Origin: a virus
Lineage: Duplodnaviria; Caudoviricetes
Length of the DNA: 64,000 bases
Reading direction: 5' to 3' (one strand)
IMG/VR virus record: IMGVR_UViG_2859564202_000001
Under the pieces are notes generated by a model. The model made no database searches. It was given only the letters and a program-made list of their open reading frames with translations, and was not told the DNA's origin. This document shows, piece after piece, positions 1 to 10,431 of this stretch. Each line of letters opens with the position of its first letter. Position 1 is the first letter of the stretch. A program made the position numbers and the translations under genes.

Positions 1-3000
1 ACAAATCAAAGCGGTTCTTCTTATCGCCATAGGCAAGCTGATCAAGTGCTAGTGGCTTAATCTCAGTGGGTAGCTCATCATGGCTAAGCACACGCATATA
101 ACCCTGCTCATCAGAGAATTCTTCCGCGATCTTCTCCACCTGGTCAACGCCAACCGAGACACCCATACCCTTGTCATCGGCGTACATCTCCATGTACTGC
201 TGTACCCATTCATCCTTGGTGGCCTGGATAGGCTGGTGGTTCTCGTCCCTAACGACTTCCCACTCATAGCGACCTTGCTCATTCTCACCACGACGCATCT
301 TGCGACCTTGGTAGAGATCACCTACTGGTCCCATAAGAGTTTCTGCACGATAGAGCGCGTCAATCGGGTCGTGCTTCGCCTGCAGAATCGACTGCTGTGC
401 CGGTGCTGATGCAGCCATAGCTTCCTTGGTCAGACCAAGATTGCGGCACAATGCCACCATTTCCTGCTCTTTTTTACCAGCCACACCGGTAAAGAGCACC
501 TTAATTGCAGTCGCCTTCTGCGAACCCTCATAGTGGCTACGCAGCGCTTCTGGCGTTGGTTGACCTACGTCTTTAAAACCCTGCGCCGGATCAGCGCCGA
601 TATAGGTGGCATATTCCTTCAGCTTGCCAGGCGAACCTTTCGCACCCGTCTCGAAGCACTGCGCAACAGAAGCCATATGGTTTTCCATACCGTCAAAACG
701 CAAGGTCACCAAACCATCGCGGTTGGCAAAAGCCTGTGCATAGTGCTCATTGAGATCATCCATGTGTGCACGGTTGACCTCTAGCAATTCTTCGCGGCTA
801 ATCTCGCCGGCCTCGTATTCACGCTGGTAGCGGTTAAGCTCAGAGACAATAACCTTCATGTTCTCGGCCATTGCCGGATCATGGTGCTGCGCTACCTGTA
901 CATCGAGGCTGTCATGCAGAGTTAGCCCATAAAACATAGTGCCGTCCTCCATACGCTTACCATCACCAAGATCAAGCATGTTTGCCTCAACTGTGAGCCT
1001 GGACAATGCCTCCTCATGCGCCTTTTTCGGCAGATTGCCGACCAGACCTACAGAGTCACCATCGAAGTCACCGTCAAAGCTCTTCACCGACACAGGGTTG
1101 ACTGCCACACCGTGCAGATCATCATTAATAACCACACGCAAATAGCGCACACCACCATCGCGGATCACCGGATCACGCCACACCATTGCATAACCGTTAT
1201 CGAGAACGCCGAGTTCACGTGCCATCGAAGAGTTCATGGCTACTTCATCAACTGACAGGCGTGGATCACCTGTCCACACAGCAGTAGCGGAGTGTGACTG
1301 TCGCGCCGACATAAAGCCGTCCTTGAACACATTGTTCTTGGTCTCGATCCGGCTGGCGACAATATCATTAGCAATTCCATCAAAGCTTGCCTGCACCTTT
1401 TTCTGTGCTTGATCAACAAACTTCTGTGACTCGCTCAGTCGCTTTTCCGCAGCACGAGGCAACGTGCCGTGCTGCGCTTCCTCCTGGCGCAATGCGTCAA
1501 TCTTGGCTTGCTCTTCTGCCAGCTTGTAGCACGTATCAAAAATAGCCATATACCGCGTGGTGTACTCATGTCGAGAGGTACTACCGTCCGCTAAATCCTC
1601 ATCACTGCGCAAATGCGGGCTCAGTAGTGGCAACTGATACATGTCTGGATTATTAGGTGACTCTTCTAGCTGTGCACCATTGCGCAACTGTAACTGGAAA
1701 GGAATCTCCATAACACCACCAGCGCGACTGATCTGCTCAACAAAAGCTTCGCGCACCTGTGCACGATTAACACGATTATTCAGCTCACCGTTCTCATCGT
1801 AAATGCTTGGCATCTCGATGATATTGCGCTGCTCATTGGACTCGCTGAACCCCTCGCGCAACTCACCATACGGGGTGACATCAAGCCCCGTGACGCGAAG
1901 ATATTCCTGGAAGTTAGCCAATGCAGAGACGTTGTTGCCATAAAAGTGCTCCATAATCTCATGACATTCCTGGGCTTGGAGCACCCACGCCAGCTGAGAA
2001 GACGCTTTACGTCCTTGGCCCTCACGAACAGCTTCTTCATCATAGACATTGGTTTTCGCATCAACAGCCATATGCGTGACGATGAAGTTGAGATCACCAG
2101 AGGCACCTGGTTGAACACGAGTAGAACCATCATTATTCCTGAACACCACATCCTGCGGGTTGTTCATGAGCTCACGTGCCGTGCCACCATTAAAACGAGA
2201 AATGGCAGAAAACGGACTCATGACAACCTCTAGATCAGGGTTGTCTCGGAAAAACGCCACCTCTGATTCCAGCCCTGCTGCACGTGCATCAGCATCACTC
2301 ATCGCTGGATCAACAACAAGAGCGATCACACCCTTATTACCGTGAAAATCAGACAGCTTATCGCCGGCAACCAAGGGGCGCATCTCATCTTCCGTATCGC
2401 GAATAACATGGGTATTCGCAAAATCGGCAGAGACAATAATGCCATCTTCAAAGTTCCAACCGCCCAGCTGTATCATCGCAGTGCGTGCACCACCAGTCAC
2501 AGCGCTAGCCTGCATGATGTTCGAGAAAGTCATGTTCTGACGGTCATGTGGGTCAAAGCCCATCGCCCATGATTCTGGATGCGCTGCAACAGGTACTCGA
2601 TCAGCCGGATCACCAGGGGTAATCATGCCATCAGCGCCCACCTTCGCAGAAGGCAACAAATAGCGAACAGAACCCTGGTTCGCCGCCATACCAGTCATCA
2701 TGGGATCAAAGAAACCTTTACCCGCATCAACATCAAGTACAGAAATGTTACGCCCACCGGTAAGCACCAGCGCATCACGGGAGTTATCATTACGCGCATC
2801 AAAACCACGCTGCTGTGCTCGAATATCCTCCATCACATTCGCACCATCACGAATAGAGTTGTCGTAGCGCACACGCAAACTCGCAGTCTCAAGCAACGCA
2901 GCACGCCACTCATCGCTCAAACCTTCTTCGGCGCTGCGCTCGAAGAAGTCCACAGGGAAGCGATTGTCATACAGTCGCTTATATGCACTGTTGATGCTGG

Positions 3001-5851
3001 TTGTAGCACCCACTCGGGATCGCTCAGTGAACATCAAATCTTCTCGCACACGGTACACCAACGCCTCTGACATCACCTGCTCATAGCCTTTGAGCTTGGT
3101 ACGCTCTTCTAAACTCTTTGTCTCACCAGGCTTTTGTGGTACCACAGACGCGGTGTAGCCAGGGGCAAACATATAGTTCTCGCCACCATTAAATTTGGTG
3201 ACAATTTCACCATGCTCACCGCGAGTAAAAATCTGACCTATCTCACCCTGCACATGACGGGTGCGTTCACCGCGAACCTGCCCCTTACTATCTACTGCAC
3301 GACTATCCTTCGCACCAACACGTCGCTGTGCGGTCCACCGCACCACACCGTTATCGTCAACAGCAATATCGACCACATCAGCACCATTGCGGGAAATAGT
3401 CTCGGCAATGACAGTGCCAAATCGAGCCAACTGCGGGTCAAGATCAGGGTTATTAACCATTTTCTGCGCGGTCTCAGGATTAAATTTGAGCAACTGTTGA
3501 TTAATAACATCGTTATAGAATTCGTCACCGCGCAGTTCATCGCCAGTAATCGAAGTCGCTCGCAACGCGGCAATAATATCGTCATGGTTTGACCACAGGG
3601 ATTTAGCACTCGGCATGTGCTGAGCAACTGTCACCGGATTAAAACGCAAGCCGGTAACAGGATCAGGCTCCACCGTGCCGACATAATCATCAAGAACAAG
3701 GGCCGCGTGCTGACGCACACGATCCTCCACGGTCACAGCATTCATTGCTGAGGTCATCGCAGCAATCTGCTCATGATCACCATCGCGGATAGCAGCCATA
3801 TAATCATCGCGGTTAACCCCAGGGTTAAGCAGATCGGTTTCCTCACCTCGCAGCATCGCCCAATAGTCCTGCTTTATCGCCATGAGCTCATCCTCACCAG
3901 CAAAAGCCGGCATGAAGTCAGGATCATCGGCGTACTGTGCAGAAAGCGCAATCAGTTCTTCAACGCCGAGCTCTTCGGCCACACGCGCACGAGTAAGGGC
4001 GATATTGTTACCAAGCCACTCCGATGCTTTCGCTTCATTATCAAACCACTTTCCAGGACCAGCACTTCGATCACGTGCATCCTGAACGATCGAGAGCCCT
4101 TCACGCACCATGAATGCGGAACGATTCTTAGTGAAATATGCATCCTGTGCCTGCTCTAAAGCACGTGGGTGTCGAGCATTAGGCACACCAACAAGACCTT
4201 TGCCATCCTGTCGCTCAACCTCTCGACCGAGAGCAAATTTCACGAGATCGACAACTTCAGTTGGGCTTGGTTCATAATCAGTAGCCGGTGTCCACGTTCC
4301 ATCACCGTTCTCCATGCGCTCACGAGCTCGTAGACGTTCTTCCGCTGTTTGTTCGGCGGAATACTTAATCACAGTGCCAGAATCATAGACACGACCCACC
4401 CACTGTTCATTGGCGCGAGTATCAGTGAGACGAATATCAATACGGGTGCCCTCAATACGCACTTTAAGCTGTCCCGGCTCACGATCTGGCTCGATCCTAA
4501 AATCCACACCCTCATCCGACAGATACGTCAAAATAGCTTCCGAGCGCGCGATACCCTCATCAGACATGACCTTGTTGGGGTCAATTTTCTGACTCGCAAC
4601 ATCTGCGGTATCAATGAGTCCAGCACGCAGCCATGACGCTGCGGCACGGTATTCTTTAGCCGTCATAAACTGACCAATATTGGGCAGTCGCATCTGGTCA
4701 TTCTCGGTGATAGTGCGCCAGGCAATAGCTTCACCATTGACCCATTGAGTCAACGGTCGCACACCGCCTTTAGTGTCGTCTTCTCGATGAGTGCCCTCGT
4801 AAACATCATTATCTTGTAGGTGGATCGTTGCTAGATCAAGGTCCCTGATCATGCCAACACTCTCTTCGGACAGTGATAGCAGCTTGGTACCGTGCACACG
4901 GACTACTTCGCGGTCTGACCAGCGTGGATCATAAGGCGAAATAGGTAAACGACGACCACCCAGATCAGGTCCCTCAGGCAAACCATTAGGTCCAATTGCA
5001 GTGCCGACCATCTTGTCGAAACGGTGACGCAGCGCCTGGTACCCCTTTGAACCCTCACCCTCGCGAGCAATCGCACTAAACATGGGTGCTGCGTGAGGTG
5101 CCACCTCAGCAAAGGCAGCATTGACAGAGGCGAAGAATGCCTGAGTACTCCCCCGCTGCTCTACTGGTTCATAGGTTGCGAGATGCTCATCAACAAGCGC
5201 TCGGATCGCACGGCCATCAGAGGTGCTAAACTGCGACACACCAGCATCAACGTGCGTACCCCAGGTACCAAACATCTCGACACCTTCATAGAAGGCGTAC
5301 TCCCGGAAATAGCTCTCCATCGGATCAATGACAGGTAAACCCACACCCTCTGATTGGCGAACGGACTCTTGCGCGAGCGTTTGTTCAGCCTGGAATGTTG
5401 CTTGATCACGTGCCTGGAAAATAGCTGCCTGCTCTTGCTCATAAGCAGCTTGCTGTAGCGCTTGTGCCTGCTGCTGTTGGGCCACGAGATCCTGCTGCAC
5501 CAGCGCGTCATAAGATGACTTAATCGCCGTGTATTGCGGTGAATTAAGAATATTTCGCCTAGTTACCTTCGCGAACTGTGGTCGGTGTACACAGCCATGA
5601 GCTTCGGCATCAGCGGCGAAGGCATCATCGAAAGACGCAAACATGATGGCGCCATAGGTCGCTTCATCATTGAGGTCTAAGCCCTTATTGTTTGCTGCGC
5701 GCTGTTTCATCAAGGCTTCTGCTTGCCTATAGATACGCACAGCATCGTGATCACCCAGTGGAGCTTTGCCCCAGTGATCTTTTTGACCCCACTCTGAGCG
5801 CGCCATCTCAAGCGACCGTTCAAAAGCGTGTCGAAATAAAGTTTTGGACAT
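1..5851 (-). CDS. Giant single-polypeptide two-barrel (double-psi beta-barrel) DNA-dependent RNA polymerase, NCgl1702-like; 3' end runs off the window (>=1950 codons)
   Basis: ATG at 5851 follows a GGGAGG RBS, and the same frame is coding at position 1. Hand translation gives beta-like motifs DPHDRQNMTFSNIMQA, GWNFEDGIIVS, GDKLSDFHGNKGVI (2365-2327) and VVMSPFSAISRFN, then beta'-like VWRDPVIR and NPVSVKSFDGDFDGD (DFDGD at 1069-1055). All are in one frame. Not every codon was checked. Confidence 0.88.
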   Translation of the reverse strand, partial: MSKTLFRHAFERSLEMARSEWGQKDHWGKAPLGDHDAVRIYRQAEALMKQRAANNKGLDLNDEATYGAIMFASFDDAFAADAEAHGCVHRPQFAKVTRRNILNSPQYTAIKSSYDALVQQDLVAQQQQAQALQQAAYEQEQAAIFQARDQATFQAEQTLAQESVRQSEGVGLPVIDPMESYFREYAFYEGVEMFGTWGTHVDAGVSQFSTSDGRAIRALVDEHLATYEPVEQRGSTQAFFASVNAAFAEVAPHAAPMFSAIAREGEGSKGYQALRHRFDKMVGTAIGPNGLPEGPDLGGRRLPISPYDPRWSDREVVRVHGTKLLSLSEESVGMIRDLDLATIHLQDNDVYEGTHREDDTKGGVRPLTQWVNGEAIAWRTITENDQMRLPNIGQFMTAKEYRAAASWLRAGLIDTADVASQKIDPNKVMSDEGIARSEAILTYLSDEGVDFRIEPDREPGQLKVRIEGTRIDIRLTDTRANEQWVGRVYDSGTVIKYSAEQTAEERLRARERMENGDGTWTPATDYEPSPTEVVDLVKFALGREVERQDGKGLVGVPNARHPRALEQAQDAYFTKNRSAFMVREGLSIVQDARDRSAGPGKWFDNEAKASEWLGNNIALTRARVAEELGVEELIALSAQYADDPDFMPAFAGEDELMAIKQDYWAMLRGEETDLLNPGVNRDDYMAAIRDGDHEQIAAMTSAMNAVTVEDRVRQHAALVLDDYVGTVEPDPVTGLRFNPVTVAQHMPSAKSLWSNHDDIIAALRATSITGDELRGDEFYNDVINQQLLKFNPETAQKMVNNPDLDPQLARFGTVIAETISRNGADVVDIAVDDNGVVRWTAQRRVGAKDSRAVDSKGQVRGERTRHVQGEIGQIFTRGEHGEIVTKFNGGENYMFAPGYTASVVPQKPGETKSLEERTKLKGYEQVMSEALVYRVREDLMFTERSRVGATTSINSAYKRLYDNRFPVDFFERSAEEGLSDEWRAALLETASLRVRYDNSIRDGANVMEDIRAQQRGFDARNDNSRDALVLTGGRNISVLDVDAGKGFFDPMMTGMAANQGSVRYLLPSAKVGADGMITPGDPADRVPVAAHPESWAMGFDPHDRQNMTFSNIMQASAVTGGARTAMIQLGGWNFEDGIIVSADFANTHVIRDTEDEMRPLVAGDKLSDFHGNKGVIALVVDPAMSDADARAAGLESEVAFFRDNPDLEVVMSPFSAISRFNGGTARELMNNPQDVVFRNNDGSTRVQPGASGDLNFIVTHMAVDAKTNVYDEEAVREGQGRKASSQLAWVLQAQECHEIMEHFYGNNVSALANFQEYLRVTGLDVTPYGELREGFSESNEQRNIIEMPSIYDENGELNNRVNRAQVREAFVEQISRAGGVMEIPFQLQLRNGAQLEESPNNPDMYQLPLLSPHLRSDEDLADGSTSRHEYTTRYMAIFDTCYKLAEEQAKIDALRQEEAQHGTLPRAAEKRLSESQKFVDQAQKKVQASFDGIANDIVASRIETKNNVFKDGFMSARQSHSATAVWTGDPRLSVDEVAMNSSMARELGVLDNGYAMVWRDPVIRDGGVRYLRVVINDDLHGVAVNPVSVKSFDGDFDGDSVGLVGNLPKKAHEEALSRLTVEANMLDLGDGKRMEDGTMFYGLTLHDSLDVQVAQHHDPAMAENMKVIVSELNRYQREYEAGEISREELLEVNRAHMDDLNEHYAQAFANRDGLVTLRFDGMENHMASVAQCFETGAKGSPGKLKEYATYIGADPAQGFKDVGQPTPEALRSHYEGSQKATAIKVLFTGVAGKKEQEMVALCRNLGLTKEAMAASAPAQQSILQAKHDPIDALYRAETLMGPVGDLYQGRKMRRGENEQGRYEWEVVRDENHQPIQATKDEWVQQYMEMYADDKGMGVSVGVDQVEKIAEEFSDEQGYMRVLSHDELPTEIKPLALDQLAYGDKKNRFDL

Positions 5852-6276
5852 ACTAAAGTCCTCCCTTTTCTTTATTCTTTTGTCATATCACTAATGGACA
5901 TGCGGATGTGTGTAGTTACATCCATAATCATACTCTAAAACTTAATCGTTTTTAAAGTACTTTTAGAACTAGAAATGAAAGTTAAAAAACTTAGGTCTTT
6001 AGAGCACCGACAACCCCTCATCCGAGCTCAAAAATTTGTACTCGGCTGCCCTTGCGCATTAGGATTCTCTCAACTAAGACATGTTCACCACGGCACCAAA
6101 AAGACACCATTTTATGCCGCACATTTGTTCACTACATTCACTGAAAAATCTTGTTGACCACTGACAACTAGCAAGAAGCGGCAAATATGTGCGGCTTGGC
6201 ATAAACTGTGTCCATCGGTACCTGTGTAATAGACACACGGTAAACACGCACAAGATAAAACATTGCGAGATTTTTC

Positions 6277-7368
6277 ATGAGTACAAAACCCACTATTGTG
6301 TCCACATTTTCTGGTTGCGGTGGCCTCGATCTTGGCCTCCAAGAGGTCGGATTCGACCCCATTTGGGCCAACGACTTCTCAGAAGAAGCAGTCCAAACCT
6401 ATAAGCACAACATCGGTGACCACATTGTTCACGGCGACATCACTGAAATTGATCCGTTTACTGATGACACCATCCCTGACGGCGATCTCGTCACCGGCGG
6501 CTTCCCGTGCCAGGACTTCTCCATGATCTGGAAGCGTCCTGGACTCGACGGCAAGCGTGGCACCCTGTACCAAAACTTCCGTGACTTTGTTGCAGCAAAG
6601 AAGCCTAAAGCCTTTATCGCAGAAAACGTGAAGGGCCTACTCACTGCTAACCAGCACAAGGCTATTAAGACCATCATTGAAGACCTCGAAGCTGTTGAGC
6701 CTGGCTACATCGTCAAGCCTCGCCTGTACAACTTCGCTGAATACGGTGTCCCACAATTCCGCGAACGTGTGCTCATTGTTGGCATTCGCCGTGACACCGG
6801 CTTTGATTTCAAGCACCCAGCTCCTACCCATGGCCCTCGCGGTGACATGCCGTATAAGACTGCCGGCGAAGCGCTCAAAGGCGTGAAGGATGTCCCCACA
6901 AACAACAACCACATGAAGATCATGCCTCGCACCGTTGAAGTGCTTAAGCGCATCCCTGAGGGCGAAAACTTCACCGCGATCCCCAAAGATGACCCCTACT
7001 ACGTCAAGGGCATGATTAGTCACGTTTACCGTCGCTTGCACCGTGATGAGCCATCCAAAACCCTTATCGCCGGTGGCGGCGGGGGTACATGGGGATACCA
7101 TTATGAAGAAAATCGAGCATTGACCAACCGCGAGCGGGCTAGAATTCAATCGTTCCCCGATGACTTTGAGTTTTTGGGATCAAACACCGAAGTCCGCCGC
7201 CAAATCGGTAATGCTGTTCCTCCTGTAGGTATGCACGCTGTGGGTGAGCGACTGATGAACCTGTACACCGGGAATTACACTCCCGTCGATCTAGAGGAAC
7301 AGCACGCGTACCTGCAGACGCTCTCCATTAAGGAACGTCTCGCGCTGGCTGATCAGGAAGCTGATTAA
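6277..7368 (+). CDS. cglIM: DNA (cytosine-5) methyltransferase M.CglI
   Basis: C5-MTase motifs FSGCGG, GGFPCQDFS, ENVKG, PQFRERV and QIGNAVPP. Confidence 0.95.
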   Translation: MSTKPTIVSTFSGCGGLDLGLQEVGFDPIWANDFSEEAVQTYKHNIGDHIVHGDITEIDPFTDDTIPDGDLVTGGFPCQDFSMIWKRPGLDGKRGTLYQNFRDFVAAKKPKAFIAENVKGLLTANQHKAIKTIIEDLEAVEPGYIVKPRLYNFAEYGVPQFRERVLIVGIRRDTGFDFKHPAPTHGPRGDMPYKTAGEALKGVKDVPTNNNHMKIMPRTVEVLKRIPEGENFTAIPKDDPYYVKGMISHVYRRLHRDEPSKTLIAGGGGGTWGYHYEENRALTNRERARIQSFPDDFEFLGSNTEVRRQIGNAVPPVGMHAVGERLMNLYTGNYTPVDLEEQHAYLQTLSIKERLALADQEAD

Positions 7369-7376
7369 GTAGATAT

Positions 7377-8453
7377 ATGAAGCCCACCGTTAATGTTGTG
7401 TTCAATGCGCATCACCCCAAAGATACGCAGCCGTTGGATAAGTTCTTCGATAAAGAACTTAAAGACACACATCATCTCGATATAACGGTGGGTTATATCA
7501 GTGAGAAATCACTACAATATTTGCTTCTTATTGCAGGCACTCACCCCGACCTCACCATCACACTCACCTGTGGAATGCACGCTCGTGAAGGCATGACTGC
7601 TGCCCAACTGCATCATGCGCGAGTGCTCCATGACTACTTAAGCGACCATGATCGAGGCGGGGTGTTCGTTATTCCCCGATTGCGTTATCACGGCAAAATC
7701 TATCTTTTCCACAAGAACCAGCACACAGATCCTATTGCTTATATCGGTAGCGCTAACCTCTCAGCCATCGTTCCTGGGTACACCTCTACATTCGAGACCG
7801 GCGTCATCTTAGACCCCGCACCTGAAGATCTCGTGCTTCATCTCAACCGTGATGTCGTACCCCTATGTGTCCCCATTGACACCGCGCATGTCCCCATCAT
7901 TAAAGATCAAGAATCCCCGATGAAGCACGTCGCTGAAGCAACAGCTGTGTCCACCTCTGATGTTGTTGCCATCATGTCCAGCCCATTTACTTATAGTTTT
8001 GACCTTAAACTCAAAGCCACTGCCAGCAGCAACCTCAATGCTCATAACTCAGGCGGTGGCGCGCGCAAACAGAAAAACGGTAGCTTCCTTGCACGCAATT
8101 GGTATGAGGGCGAAATCATTGTCGGTGTCGAGACAACAAGACTCCCAGGTTACCCACAAAACAAATCCGAATTCACTGCGGTCACTGATGACGGCTGGTC
8201 ATTTGTTTGCAAAATCAGCGGAGGAAACGGAAAGAACCTACGCAGCAAAGGTGACCTGTCCATCCTCGGTACGTGGTTAAAGTCTCGATTCATTGAACAA
8301 GGTGCCCTGGAATACGGCGAGGATGCCACCCAAGAAAACATCGACCGTTTTGGGAGAACACATATGACCATGCGCTATCACCCAGATTTCGATGTGTGGT
8401 CATTCGATCTCAGCCAAACCCCGAAGCCTTCGACACAGATTGGGCAGGATTAA
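7377..8453 (+). CDS. cglIR: PLD-family (NgoFVII-like) restriction endonuclease subunit R.CglI
   Basis: HGKIYLF...YIGSANLS PLD motif; starts 8 bp after the MTase. Confidence 0.9.
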   Translation: MKPTVNVVFNAHHPKDTQPLDKFFDKELKDTHHLDITVGYISEKSLQYLLLIAGTHPDLTITLTCGMHAREGMTAAQLHHARVLHDYLSDHDRGGVFVIPRLRYHGKIYLFHKNQHTDPIAYIGSANLSAIVPGYTSTFETGVILDPAPEDLVLHLNRDVVPLCVPIDTAHVPIIKDQESPMKHVAEATAVSTSDVVAIMSSPFTYSFDLKLKATASSNLNAHNSGGGARKQKNGSFLARNWYEGEIIVGVETTRLPGYPQNKSEFTAVTDDGWSFVCKISGGNGKNLRSKGDLSILGTWLKSRFIEQGALEYGEDATQENIDRFGRTHMTMRYHPDFDVWSFDLSQTPKPSTQIGQD

Positions 8454-8454
8454 T

Positions 8455-10353
8455 TTGTCACACCACACTCACCTCAATAACTACATCACGAGCTTGAGTG
8501 ATAACGCTGATCTCCGTGAAAAAGTCACCGCAACCGTAGACGCTTTCCGCCATACCGTCATGGATGACTTCGACTACATCAGTGATCAACAAGTCCTGCT
8601 TTATGGCGATGTCCAAAGCGGTAAAACCTCACACATGCTGGGAATTATCGCAGATTGCCTCGACAGTACGTTTCACACCATTGTTATTCTGACCTCGCCT
8701 AACACACGGCTCGTGCAACAAACATACGACCGTGTTGCCCAAGCATTTCCAGATACTTTGGTGTGCGACCGTGACGGATACAATGATTTCCGTGCGAATC
8801 AAAAGAGCCTCACCCCGCGAAAATCTATCGTAGTCGTCGGAAAAATACCTGCAGTTCTTGGTAATTGGTTACGCGTCTTTAACGACAGTGGCGCACTTTC
8901 TGGACACCCTGTACTCATTATTGATGACGAAGCAGATGCGACAAGTCTCAACACCAAAGTAAATCAGTCTGATGTTTCGACCATTAACCACCAGCTCACT
9001 AGCATAAGAGACCTTGCCACAGGATGCATCTACCTTCAGGTCACAGGTACACCTCAAGCGGTGCTTCTTCAAAGCGACGATAGCAACTGGGCAGCGGAAC
9101 ATGTGCTTCACTTCGCACCTGGTGAGAGCTACATCGGTGGTCAACTTTTCTTTTCTGAGCTCAACAACCCTTATCTACGACTTTTCGCTAATACCCAATT
9201 TGACGAGGATTCTCGCTTCAGCGACGCCATTTACACCTATCTCTTAACCGCAGCACTGTTCAAACTTCGCGGTGAAAGCTTGTGTACCATGCTCATTCAC
9301 CCCAGCCACACTGCATCCAGTCATAGAGACTTCGCGCAAGAAGCCCGCCTCCAACTCACTTTCGCCTTCGAGCGATTCTATGAACCAATGATTCAGCACA
9401 ATTTCCAACGTGCTTATGAACAGCTCGCACAAACTGACAGCAACCTGCCACCCTTGAGAAAAATTCTTAACATTCTTGGTGGCATGGAAGATGACTTCTC
9501 CATCCACATCGTCAATAGCGACAACCCGACTGTTGAGGAAGATTGGGCTGATGGTTATAACATTATTGTCGGTGGCAACTCGCTTGGGCGCGGTTTAACA
9601 TTCAACAACTTGCAAACCGTTTTCTACGTGCGCGAATCCAAGCGACCACAAGCAGACACCCTGTGGCAGCACGCCCGCATGTTTGGCTACAAACGCCACA
9701 AAGACACCATGCGTGTGTTCATGCCGGCCACTATTGCTCAAACCTTCCAAGAGGTCTATCTCGGCAACGAAGCTATTAAAAATCAGCTCGATCATGGCAC
9801 GCATATCAACGACATTCGGGTCATTTTAGGTGATGGCGTCGCACCTACTCGTGCCAATGTTCTCGACAAACGCAAAGTTGGAAACCTCAGCGGTGGCGTC
9901 AACTACTTTGCCGCTGATCCTAGAATCAAGAATGTCGAAGCACTCGACAAAAAACTCTTGGCCTACTTAGACAAGCACGGTGAGGACTCCACCATCGGTA
10001 TGCGCGCGATAATCACCATTCTCAACGCCTTTACTGTAGACCCCAACGATCTCGACCTCGCGACCTTCAAGGCTGCGCTCCTTGACTTTGAACGCAACCA
10101 ACCTCATCTCACAGCACGTATGGTGCTGCGAACAAACCGCAAAGTCAATCAGGGTACAGGCGCCCTGCTCTCCCCTACTGATCAAGCTCTCAGCCGTGCA
10201 GAAGTCGCACACCCATTATTGATCCTATACCGCATTGAAGGTGTTAACGATGCTGCTGCGCAACGAGGTGAACCTACGTGGTCAAGCGACCCTATCTGGG
10301 TGCCTAATATTAAACTCCCTGGTCAACGTCAATTCTGGTGCGTAGACGGCTAA
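8455..10353 (+). CDS. cglIIR: SF2 helicase-like/Z1-domain ATPase subunit H.CglI
   Basis: GDVQSGKT Walker A, IIDDEAD, and Z1 motifs GGNSLGRGLT and DTLWQHARMFGY; probable TTG start at 8455 directly after the cglIR stop. Confidence 0.9.
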   Translation: MSHHTHLNNYITSLSDNADLREKVTATVDAFRHTVMDDFDYISDQQVLLYGDVQSGKTSHMLGIIADCLDSTFHTIVILTSPNTRLVQQTYDRVAQAFPDTLVCDRDGYNDFRANQKSLTPRKSIVVVGKIPAVLGNWLRVFNDSGALSGHPVLIIDDEADATSLNTKVNQSDVSTINHQLTSIRDLATGCIYLQVTGTPQAVLLQSDDSNWAAEHVLHFAPGESYIGGQLFFSELNNPYLRLFANTQFDEDSRFSDAIYTYLLTAALFKLRGESLCTMLIHPSHTASSHRDFAQEARLQLTFAFERFYEPMIQHNFQRAYEQLAQTDSNLPPLRKILNILGGMEDDFSIHIVNSDNPTVEEDWADGYNIIVGGNSLGRGLTFNNLQTVFYVRESKRPQADTLWQHARMFGYKRHKDTMRVFMPATIAQTFQEVYLGNEAIKNQLDHGTHINDIRVILGDGVAPTRANVLDKRKVGNLSGGVNYFAADPRIKNVEALDKKLLAYLDKHGEDSTIGMRAIITILNAFTVDPNDLDLATFKAALLDFERNQPHLTARMVLRTNRKVNQGTGALLSPTDQALSRAEVAHPLLILYRIEGVNDAAAQRGEPTWSSDPIWVPNIKLPGQRQFWCVDG

Positions 10354-10377
10354 ACCTCGCCACCACCAAAAAACATA

Positions 10378-10417
10378 CAAACACCGCTGTTGATTACGTT
10401 CAACAGCGGTGTTTTTT
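10378..10417. terminator. Bidirectional intrinsic terminator
   Basis: aaaacaccgctgttga-ttacgt-tcaacagcggtgtttt hairpin between convergent genes. Confidence 0.8.
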
Positions 10418-10431
10418 ATCGCTCACGACAC

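Noticed and set aside
49-5511. Many short ORFs in the track
   Set aside because: They are antisense or off-frame shadows of the RNA polymerase gene on the minus strand.
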